Source of the DNA: Antechinus flavipes
Lineage: Eukaryota
Length of the DNA: 64,000 bases
Direction of reading: 5' to 3'
Assembly (NCBI RefSeq): GCF_016432865.1
Contig: NC_067398.1
Location: 370,388,001-370,452,000 of the forward strand
Part shown: piece by piece, positions 1 through 9,492 of the stretch
Numbering within the stretch: the stretch's first letter is position 1
How the letters are laid out: every line of letters begins with the position of its first letter
Made by a program: the position numbers and the translations under genes
The notes under the pieces: generated by a model
Databases searched by the model: none
The model's input: the letters and a program-made list of their open reading frames with translations, nothing else
Told to the model about the DNA's origin: nothing

Positions 1-59
1 AAGAACACTGGATCCAGGATCAGGACCTTAGATGTGTCTTGAATAGTTAGAAAGTACAG

Positions 60-200
60 ATTTAGAGTCACAGGTTCCTGGGCTCATAATCAAGCTCTTA
101 TATTTACTACCTCTTTGACCTTGATTAATTAATTTAACTTCTCTGATCCAGTTTCCTTATCTGCAAAATAATGGATTTGGATTAGGTCCTTTCCAGTTCT
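60..200 (+). mobile_element. MIR/Ther-type CORE-SINE fragment
   Basis: CORE-like ...ttctctgatccagtttccttatctgcaaaataatgg... followed by tail ...ggtcctttccagttctaaatc; boundaries approximate. Confidence 0.55.
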
Positions 201-689
201 AAATCAATAATTCCATAATTATAAATTACCTATTTTGGACCTCAGTTTTTAATTTTTTTTTCTGGAAAAGTGAAGTTTGGACTATATTTTTGCCTGAGAT
301 TTCTTAAGCTCTTGTATCCTGTAATCATATATTTCCAGTGATCCAAAATATTTAATCATAACATTAAAGAGAATGATGAGCTAGAAATATTTAATGCAAG
401 ATTAACAATTAGAGCTATGAAACTTCTAAAAACTTTTCAAAATATTTTGCTCCTCATTTGATTGTATAAAGTTGTACCTTTTAAACACAAATAAAATACA
501 AAATGCCATTAACTTTGATACAATGCATGATTTTCAATATTTTACCAAAAGTGGAGATGAGGTAGCATGGAATAATTGGCATACCTAAGGTTTACTCTAT
601 GAGAGAACTCTGGCATATATTTGAGAGATTAGAGAAATCTGTAACTTGAAAAAAAATTTTTTTTAAAGTTATGAGATTCTGGTCAAGGC

Positions 690-830
690 CCTTGAATTTT
701 CTTAGACTCAGTTTCCACATTTATAAAATGAGGATAATCAAGGCACTTATTTCAAAGGGATCTTGTGAAGAAGAAGATGAAGGTAATGCATATAAAATAT
801 TTTTCAAATCTTAAAGCAATAAATAAATGT
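690..830 (+). mobile_element. MIR CORE-SINE fragment
   Basis: gactcagtttccacatttataaaatgaggataat...gatcttgtgaag...aggtaatgcatataaaatat; MIR core plus tail. Confidence 0.55.
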
Positions 831-1004
831 TATCTATTGTCAGAATTATTATTTATAACTTAATAGTTTGGTTTAATTTAATAAATATTTATCAGGTATC
901 TCTATGTGCCTAATACTGTGGTAGTTATTATGAAATATTCAAAAGAAATATATTAAGTGATAGAAAGAGAAAGTTGGGCCTAGAAAGAAGTCTATGGGCT
1001 GTAA

Positions 1005-1130
1005 GATCCTAGATTCAGAACTGGAATGGACATTAGAGGTCTTCTATTCCAATCCCTCTCATTTTATACTTGAGAGGGCCAAGACTTAGATGCTGAAGTA
1101 GAATGGAAAACAGGCCCTCCCACTCTATAG
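1005..1130 (-). mobile_element. MIR fragment
   Basis: agaactggaatggacattagaggtcttctattccaatccctctcattttatacttgag is the reverse of a MIR tail/core. Confidence 0.45.
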
Positions 1131-2655
1131 CCACTTTAATTCCATTATTCCTATCTGCCCTTTACCTAGTACAAACTCTTTAATTTGCATACGAGGTAAT
1201 TGAATCACTACAATAAAAGTCTGAGAGAAGAAGAGAAAGGAAGGAAAACAATAAAGAGAAAGAAGATACTTTTATCTCAGGGGCCCCTTAGTTTTTTCCA
1301 AATAATCTGAGAGTTCTGATCCATTAACTACTAATCTTTAGGAGGATTAGAGAACAAAACCTAATTGTCATCAAATCATAACTAAATAAATATTGTGATA
1401 TTCTTTACATACAGCAAATCACAAAACATGTTACTTTTAAATATAAAACAAAATCATAGCTTGATGGGCTGAATATTGAACAGAGATGTAAGAAGAATCA
1501 AATGAGATGTTATGTGAAAAAACTGCAAAGCTTCACACAAATGTCCTAAATAAAAAAAGACAAACAAACCTCCAGCATGGCCCTTCATTGTCACTGTGAA
1601 TCATCCAGGGATGATAATGAAGAATTGTCTTTTCTTTATTGCTTTGGCTGATGCCTGGGGTTACAGAGCCAAGAATCTGGATCTCCCAGTGCCAGGCACT
1701 AGAACAACAAGACATTAGCATTAAATAATGGGATCTCTGGTGCCTAGATGGCTCAGGAGGAAGGGTTAACTAAGCAGCCTGGGCTTTGTACAGCAGAAAC
1801 CTCCATCTATAATCTTGACTTTTTCTATACAGGGAGGAGGGGAAAGGAGCTTTGGGGAGGAAATCGCAGAGAACCCTAATCTTATGATAAAAATAATATG
1901 ATTCCTACACCTGCTATCTCTCCCCACCAGGTCTCTCCTCCCTCCACAGAACACTAGTAATGCCCATAAATGTCGGATAAAATAAAAATTTCTGTTCCAT
2001 TAAACATATGAAAAATATGTTGCATTGAATACAGTTGGTTTGGGAAATCTGTTTTTATCCATCCAAACCAATCGTCCATACTAACTGCAGCTGCCACAAG
2101 TGGTACAGACTTTGCATGTTTTAGTGCCCAGATTTTGTGGTGACCTTGGTCTACTTGCTGCACACACCCTAGGGTCAAGGGGGTTCAACATGGGCACCAG
2201 GAGTCCAATTCATTCTGGTTGAATTCATAATGACACAAGGATGTTAACCATCTGATAAGAAATGGTAGGTATTAGAACCCTCAGGTCCCAAGTGGGAGAT
2301 CCTCTATTATGTTCTGATAATTTGAATCACAATGAAAGACCCACTGGTGTCGAGTTGGAATCTCCTCAGCAAGTACTCCCTCTGAGAGGGAAAGTCATCC
2401 TGGTTTAAGCTAATTACCCAGTAATGCTGAATGGAGAAGCCCAGTGGCTCACTTCACAAGAAGTGAGGAGAGAGCATCAGCCACCCAGCAAACATTTCTT
2501 GCATCCCTACTATGTGTAAGGTATTCTACTAGATGCTGTGCTGGAATCTTGAAACATATCCCTGTTTAGAGAATCACAGAGGTTTAAGAACTGGAGGAAG
2601 CCTTTTAAAGGGGACATCCCAAAGTTTCTCTTCTGAATGCTTTCCATTTTTACAG

Positions 2656-2673
2656 TATTGTTGAGCAGAAAAG
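2656..2673 (+). other. candidate 18-nt microexon of an unidentified plus-strand transcript
   Basis: tttctcttctgaatgctttccatttttacag|TATTGTTGAGCAGAAAAG|gtaagt; polypyrimidine acceptor, consensus donor, length divisible by 3, non-repetitive flanks. Confidence 0.5.
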
Positions 2674-3188
2674 GTAAGTGTACAAAAGAACACCAAAATG
2701 CTTATTTTAAAGAATCGCCCAATCAATGTTAGTAGCATTTAGAGTCTTAGGAGTTTTAGGGGAAACTGAAAAAAAATTCTCCAATGGATGATTAATGAGA
2801 ACCATGCAGAAGGTGTGAATGCCTTGAACCTGTATAATTCTTAAGATTCAATCCCCCCAGGAAGAGAAGGGAGAAGAGATGAAGGCTCTGGAAACAATGA
2901 GGAAAACTGGGAGAATGACAACAGAGACTTTACTTAAGGTTATGTCTCAAGAGTGTAAATGGGCACTTGTAAAAATATGTAAATTAACAAAAGGTTGTAA
3001 AGATAATTTTCCACTCTCATTTTTTTATGGAGACTTCCATCTCTCGCCTCCTCCCCCAATACACAGTTCAGGCTCATTTTAGGCTGAGGGAAATGTGACC
3101 TGCATAGTTATATTCATTGCATTTAATCTGGGCTTTACAACTTTGTGCAATCACTCCATTCCATTTAGCAAACCTGAGTCCAGATTTT

Positions 3189-3621
3189 ATTATTTTTCTT
3201 TTTTTTTTAATCAATGGCTTTTTATTTCCAAAATATATGCAAAGATAGTTTTTAACATTCACTCTTGCAAAACCTTGTATTCCAAATCAGATTAAAAAGA
3301 AAAAAAAAAAAACAAATGAGAAAAAAAGCAAGCAAACAACGGTAAAAAGGTGAAAATATAATGTTGTGATCTCCACTCAGTACCCACGGTCCTCTCTTTG
3401 GGTACAGATGGCTCTCTTCATCACAAGTTTATTGGAATTGGCCTAAATCACCTCCCTGTTGAAGAGCCGTGTCCATCAGAATTAATCATCACATAATCTT
3501 GTTGTTGCCATGTACAATGTTCTCTTGGTTCTACTCACTTCACTCAGCATCAGTTCATGCAAGTTTCTCCAGTCCTTTTTGAAATCATCCTGCTGACTTT
3601 CTTATAGAACAATAATATTCC
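3189..3621 (-). mobile_element. older marsupial L1 3' end, 5'-truncated, with TSD
   Basis: T-rich tail at about 3190-3208; L1 3' sequence ...ctactcacttcactcagcatcagttcatg...atagaacaataatattcc; flanking near-duplication aaacctgagtccagatttt (3170-3188) vs aaaactaaatccagatttt (3622-3640), 16/19 identical. Confidence 0.8.
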
Positions 3622-4149
3622 AAAACTAAATCCAGATTTTCTGTCTGCATAAATTATGACATGAAAATATTTTAAATGCATCAGAAACATATAAACAAAA
3701 TTCATATGTGACATCTGAGGAGGAAAAGTTTGTTATTTACCAGAAGTATTAGGGAAAGATTTCTGAAGAATGTGACATTAGAATTTAACTTCAAAGGATG
3801 AATGAAAACTCAATAGGTAAAGAGGGAGATGGAAGACATTACCTTCAGTTTTGGGAAATGAGAAATTTGGGTATTTGGGGGAAGAAGGGAACAATTAGTG
3901 GAATGTAACATATGCTTTAGAGAGCTGTATGAAATAAGGTTGAAATGGAATCAGGGTGACAGAATGTGGACTATCCTTTTCACCTTTTTTCCTTTGGGAT
4001 TTTTTTCCTCCTGTCTCTCTGATGTTGCTGTCACAAAGTTTTTCCTGATAGTTCAGTGGAGGAAAGCTAAGGGTATAGTATTCCATCAGTAGCACACAAA
4101 TCCCTTTCTCTTCTTGCTGTTTCTGCCCTACAAATATTTATAGATACCA

Positions 4150-4330
4150 TTATGCCTCCCTTAGCTATCATTTATCCAAATGGTAACAGTGCAGCTTTTC
4201 CCATCTTTCCTCATAAATCAATCCCTCCAGCCCCTGTAATAATCTTACTGCTCTTCTCTGAACTCTCTCCGGTCTGTCAACATCTTTATAAGGTGCCCAA
4301 AGTGAATGTGTTGCTCTGAGACTGGCCTCT
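4150..4330 (-). mobile_element. L3/CR1 ORF2 C-terminal fragment
   Basis: ORF 4168..4368 contains WAPYKDVDRPERVQRRAVRLLQGLEGLIYEERWEKL, matching the CR1 motif LERVQRRATKMI.GLE.L.YEERL. Confidence 0.8.
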
Positions 4331-4713
4331 CCCCACCATGCCATTAAGACAATCCCCTTCTTGTCCAAGGGATTGTCTGTTCAAAAGAGCTACTTTGCCT
4401 TTATTGGAACCAACAGGTAGCTTATGCTTATTTCTCATTTGTGGCTCTATTTTCCTTTTAGGATTTTTTCTAATATGCTATTCCTGTTATGTAACTCCAG
4501 TAATTAAGTAAAACTTCGAAGGAGGGAACAATAGACTAGTTTGCTCCCATTGCCCTGTAATGTCACTCCTTCCTCCAGATCCTTTGCCTTTCTCAGGGCT
4601 TCATGATGATCCCTATACTATCATATTCCATTGAAAGCCCTGACTCCTGAGTACCTCTTTTTTTTTTAGCCTTTTTTTTTCTTGGAGGCTGTTGCAAAAA
4701 TGACCACTCCAAT

Positions 4714-4841
4714 NNNNNNNNNNNNNNNNNNNNNNNNNNNNNNNNNNNNNNNNNNNNNNNNNNNNNNNNNNNNNNNNNNNNNNNNNNNNNNNNNNNNNNN
4801 NNNNNNNNNNNNNNNNNNNNNNNNNNNNNNNNNNNNNNNNN
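4714..4841. other. assembly gap
   Basis: run of N. Confidence 1.
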
Positions 4842-4959
4842 ACCAGATAAATGAATCCCTGCTTAAGTATAATTGAAGAATAATGATGCAATGACAATAA
4901 AAACAACAACAATAATAGAGTAGTGATTTGAATGTTGGATTTTGAGTAGATACATGGAT

Positions 4960-5140
4960 TCAAAAACCACTTCTGTTACCTAGGCAATTATCATGGGTAA
5001 GACACAGTCTCTCTGAATGTTAATTTCTATATATAAAATTTCTATATATAAAATATATCTTCACTTGGGCTGAGACTCAAATAGGTGAATGTATGTAAAA
5101 TGCCTTACAAAGTCTAAAGTACCCTATGAATATTAGTCAT
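4960..5140 (+). mobile_element. MIR fragment
   Basis: cttctgttacctaggcaattatcatgggtaagacacagtctctctg...gtgaatgtatgtaaaatgccttacaaagtctaaagtaccctatgaat. Confidence 0.5.
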
Positions 5141-5184
5141 CATCATCATCATAAGCATTATAATTATCTACATCAAGTATCAGT

Positions 5185-5395
5185 AAATTATAACCAGGCC
5201 CTGTTTGGGTACTAACCCAAACTAAGAACTTTTTTACATTTTGCAATAATATTACATTTTATTTTAAAATATGAAAACTATACTTAGCTCACGGACTGTG
5301 TTAAAAAACAAAACAAAAACAAAAACAACCAACAACAATTAAAACATGAATTAGGCTGAATTTGGTCTATGGGTCATAATTTCTTGAACCCTGAT
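5185..5395. mobile_element. MER58-like hAT-Charlie non-autonomous DNA transposon
   Basis: cttagctcacggactgtgttaaaaaac...aggctgaatttggtctatgggtcataatttcttgaaccctg resembles the MER58 terminus (recalled consensus). Confidence 0.55.
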
Positions 5396-5407
5396 TTACA
5401 CGAATGA

Positions 5408-5564
5408 NNNNNNNNNNNNNNNNNNNNNNNNNNNNNNNNNNNNNNNNNNNNNNNNNNNNNNNNNNNNNNNNNNNNNNNNNNNNNNNNNNNNNNNNNNNNN
5501 NNNNNNNNNNNNNNNNNNNNNNNNNNNNNNNNNNNNNNNNNNNNNNNNNNNNNNNNNNNNNNNN
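5408..5564. other. assembly gap
   Basis: run of N. Confidence 1.
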
Positions 5565-6287
5565 AATTGAATTTTTTATATGAGACTCTGAAATTAATCT
5601 CTAGAGGTAAAAATCATCCTTTCCAAGATTGCCTCATTGTAGTTTGGCAGTAACTTTATTCTTCACTGCTATGCCAGTGGAACTCAAGTTTTGGCTGCTT
5701 CTAATTAAACAAGAATGGCCGGATTCCAGTATGGGCTGGCAACATGCTGCATGTTTATCATCTGAGGACCAGCTTCCCTAAATCTGGGGAAGCTGATGAC
5801 ACAGATTGGCCACAGGGCAATTAATTTTTTGGCCACAATAACTCATTAAGATCGCCAGCTAAAACAGAGAAGGGCCTTGATTGGTGTCAGCAGAAAGAAT
5901 ATGCATAGCCCTGAAATGACAGGATTTTGAAGTGTTAAAGTAAACTATGGCAAACTCATTGGGAAATATTTGGGACCAAAGGAGAGTTTCTGATATTTCT
6001 TAATAAAGCTAGTCTGCACATGATTAACATTAGTGTGGGACTAATTCTTTGTAGTAGTCAAGCTTTCTAACCCATCAGTTTGCATCTAGACCAGATGTAG
6101 AAAATGAGGGGGGAAAAAGCAAAACTATAAACTTAAAACTTCCTATTTTGCCTCAATTACCTGGTGGTATTCTTGAGTTGTTTCAGTTGTGTCCAACTCT
6201 TTGTGACTTTATTTGAGTTTTTCTTGGCAAAGATATTGGAGTGGTTTACCATTTCTTTCCCCATTCTACAGATAAGGAAACCTCAGT

Positions 6288-6368
6288 TTCTTCTTCTTCT
6301 TCTTCTTCTTCTTCTTCTTCTTCTTCTTCTTCTTCTTCTTCTTCTTCTTCTTCTTCTTCTTCTTCTTC
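6288..6368. repeat. (TTC)27 / (GAA)27 trinucleotide microsatellite
   Basis: perfect 81-bp run; source of the poly-Leu ORF 6164..6445. Confidence 1.
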
Positions 6369-6513
6369 ACCCTAACAATACCATTGCTCACCCCCCACAA
6401 TCATACAACAAAGATACCCCATTCCAATCCTGTCCTACACAATAATTACCCACCGAATCAAATAATTCAACAGCAGTAATAACTTCAACTTCCCCAGTTA
6501 TCATAAATCAAAA
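6367..6513 (-). pseudogene. ND6: NUMT: mitochondrial NADH dehydrogenase subunit 6 fragment (C-terminal half)
   Basis: Minus strand in the vertebrate mitochondrial code reads FWFMMTGEVEVITAVELFDSVGNYCVGQDWNGVSLLYDCGGWAMVLLGW (49 codons, three TGA=Trp). This matches the ND6 C-terminal motif ...D..GV..LY..G.W..V..GW. The plus strand has mtDNA-like C/A-rich composition. Confidence 0.9.
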
Positions 6514-6829
6514 CCTCAGTTAAGCAAACAAACTTAAGTGATTTTGTCCAGATTTAAACTCTGGTCTTCCTCAAAAGAACACAAGAAGTACCTGACTCTA
6601 TTGTCTTTCTCCCAAATACACTACAGGTAGGATGGCTCCCCTGCCTTCTGCTCCCCTATACCCCCACACCCTCATACCCCAATTGGAAACCACAGTCCAG
6701 CATGCCATACGAAATTGTGAATATGGGCTCACATCATCCCTCCCAACACCTTTCTCCATTTTGAGGATGGAGAAGGAGAACCAGATCTGGGAACCTCAGG
6801 GAAACTTAGGGAAGGAAACATGCTGTAGT

Positions 6830-7020
6830 AGAAAGAACTCTAGTTTTGGAGGCAGTGGAGTGGCTACATGAACTTTTTAAATATGTGGCCATGGGTTCCT
6901 TCAATACCTCCATCCCTCGTTTTATCATCTGTAAAATATGATAGCTGAAATATCTACTCTACAGGATTGTTGATTATTTGCTAACCTTAAAGTAAATCCT
7001 ATACAAATGTCAGTTCTTAG
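6830..7020 (+). mobile_element. MIR fragment
   Basis: ccatccctcgttttatcatctgtaaaatatgatagctg...tactctacaggattgttg...gctaaccttaaagtaaatcctatacaaatgtcagtt. Confidence 0.55.
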
Positions 7021-7174
7021 TAATAAGTGGCACTGCCCCTACCCCGCCTTCCCCACCTGACTATGTGGAACTTTGCATTTATCATCTTCTTTATTTTGCA
7101 TGTGGGTTTAAAGTCTGCCATGGGGCTTGAAGCCTGAAAACTGCTTCTATTTAGTTTTCTTATTCTTTTGCCCA

Positions 7175-7490
7175 AAAATCTAACAGGAGGAAGGTAGAAC
7201 AGAAAGAATGTCAGCTCATTAATAAGTCAAGAAGCAGCAAAATGAATTATGATTCTGAAGCAGCAATGTTGCTGCCCAAAAAAGAAAAGAAATTAGCAGC
7301 AAAGGAAAATTTCAAAGTAATAGATTTCTTGCAAATATTTGTATTGATGAAAATCAAGTAAAGATTGCTTGTAAAACCTGTGCCAACTTATATCAGTAAG
7401 GCCAGACAATAAAATACCCAGGGAATGAAGAGAATTAATAGAGTGACCAAATGTATTTTTGAAAGTCACAGAGAAATGGAAAGGTGCTTG
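7175..7490 (+). repeat. copy A of an old ~300-bp locally duplicated, unidentified unit
   Basis: aatgtcagctcattaataag...aaaatgaattatgattctgaagcagc...aaattagcagc...aaatatttgtattgatgaaaatcaag...gaaagtcacaga aligns with 9415-9492 plus 12319-12570. Confidence 0.75.
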
Positions 7491-7704
7491 CCCCCAGGGA
7501 AAGCAAAATCTGCCAAAGTGTGCTATTCTTAGTAGCTTGGATTTTTATTAGCCAATTTTTATGCCTTTCAATTTAACCCTTAAAGATAAGGATATATTGA
7601 AAGGTTACTATATATGTATATTTGATGGAGGATGGAACTTCAGGCAATGACAAGCATACGTTGGAGATTCTATATATGAATCAGGGAAAATTCTGTGCAG
7701 GAAT

Positions 7705-7960
7705 GGCTCTGGATGGTGTTATATTTTTATCAGAACTTAGATGAAGCCTCAGATGTCATGCTTATCAAATCTGCTATTGGTATGAAGGTGGAAAGGATAA
7801 CTAATACGATGGATGACAGAATTCAGATCCATAAAGAACTTGACAGGCTAGAATGATGGGTTGAATCAACTAAGATGAAATTTGATGGTCATCAATGTAA
7901 ACTCCTCCAATGGGGTTCAGAAAATCAACTGTGCAGACACAACATGAAGTAGTTATAGCT
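7705..7960 (+). mobile_element. L3/CR1 reverse-transcriptase fragment
   Basis: Decayed match to CR1 RT (..FINDLDEG..MLIKFADD....NT.DDRI.IQK.LDRLE.W.E..KMKF...KCK.L): gatgaagcc...atgcttatcaaatctgct...gatgacagaattcagatccataaagaacttgacaggctagaatgatgg. Confidence 0.8.
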
Positions 7961-8409
7961 AACCAATAATTCCTATAAAACAATCTTCTCATTCTTTTGA
8001 TTTTTAAGTTTTATTGATGTGTTTGTTTTTAAATTACATATAGTTATGTTATTCCCACTTCATGAGAGATCTTATGTAACAATTAAAATTAATCACGAAT
8101 TGACTTCACTTGAGAATGTATATATTTTACATCTGTAATGCTCTCATATTTCTACGTATTTTTAAAGCAATTAAGACCTATCCACTTTTTTTTTTAACAA
8201 TTTCTTTTAACAAAAATACAGTCAAGCAAAACATTCCCTTGACAGCTATTTACATTTCTTGATCTAACCATCCACCTATCTAAATCTATCTATCCATCTA
8301 CCATTTATACACACATGTATATGTATGTTATACACATGTTTGTATGTCTGGATGTACATGACACACATATCTATATCATTCTATATTTTAAATCTCTCAT
8401 ATCATTCTT

Positions 8410-8635
8410 GGCTCTGAAATCAGCAAGATCTGAATTCAACTGTGCTCAGATGCTTACCAGTTGAGTGATTCTTTAACTGCTGCTTCTCTCAGTTTCCTTA
8501 TCTGTAAAATGAGGATAATAATAACAAAACTACCAGGTTTGTCCTGAGGATCAGATGAAACAATAATGGCAAGTGAAACATTTGGCATAGTGTGTGGCAC
8601 ATAATAAGTGCTATATAAATATTAACTATTAGCTT
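8410..8635 (+). mobile_element. MIR/Ther CORE-SINE
   Basis: gaaatcagcaagatctgaattcaa...ctcagtttccttatctgtaaaatgaggataataataac...gaggatcagatgaaac...ggcacataataagtgctatataaat. Confidence 0.7.
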
Positions 8636-8639
8636 TTAT

Positions 8640-9330
8640 TAATAGATAGTATATTTCATTATCAGTGCTCTGGAATCATAGATGGTTAATGGGTTGATCA
8701 TAGGTCTTAATAATTTTCAAAACTGTTTTGTTTTATAGTGCTTTTGTTACTGTATAAATTGTTCACCTTGTGCTGCTCATTTCATTCCTCCATTTTAAAG
8801 AGTTTTTTTAAATTGTTCATTTTTATAATATTGATTTTAGGGCATGCTTTTTTCTCCTGGTTTTGTCTCACTATTTATCAGTACAAATAAATTTTTCCAT
8901 ATATTTTAAAATCATGTATTTCCTCCTTTCTTCAATAAAATAATACAATGCAATAATCTAAATTCATGCACTATATATTCTATAAATTCATATACCACAA
9001 CTTATTTGAGCCATTCCTCAATTGAGAATTATTCCTATAGTTTCCAGTTTTTTTTGTCACCACAAAAAGGGACTTAGAATATTTCATACCAAGAGGACTT
9101 TTTCATCTTTTTTTGATTTCTTTTAAGAATATAGGTCTACAAGCTCTTATAGCTGGGGTAAAAAATATAGATAGTGTTTAAGGATTTTTTAATAGATAAT
9201 TCCAAATTGTTTTCCAGAATTGTTGTACCCATTTGCAGATCCACCAGCGGGCATAAATGAGCCTGTTTTCCCACACTCCCTCTAGCATTTATTATTTTCC
9301 AACATGCCAAAGCAAGCATTTCTCTCAATC
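8640..9330 (-). mobile_element. old L1 3' region
   Basis: ...tcatataccacaacttatttgagccattcctcaattgag...tttccagttttt...ttccaaattgttttccagaattgttgtacccatttgcagatccaccag; reverse of L1 ORF2 C-terminus/3'UTR. Confidence 0.7.
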
Positions 9331-9492
9331 CTAAGTAAAACCGAGCAATATCAAGGAGACAGGGTTCGTTAATGTGTAGGAGTCAATCTAAGAACTGGTT
9401 TCTAATTGTATAAATCCACATGAAGATTAAGTCATAGACTAGGGAAAATATCAGCTATTGAATAAAGAGACAGTAAAATGAATTATGATTCT

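Larger units (their letters stand above)
6165..6600 (-). mobile_element. MAR1 SINE interrupted by the NUMT+(TTC)n insertion
   Basis: gagttgtttcagttgtgtccaactctttgtgac...ttcttggcaaagatattggagtggtttaccatt...tacagataaggaaac; resumes after 6521 with aagcaaacaaacttaagtgattttgtccagatttaaactc. Confidence 0.75.

Noticed and set aside
6164-6445. 93-aa ORF with a poly-Leu run
   Set aside because: Produced by MAR1 plus the (CTT)n microsatellite and the antisense of the NUMT; not a gene.
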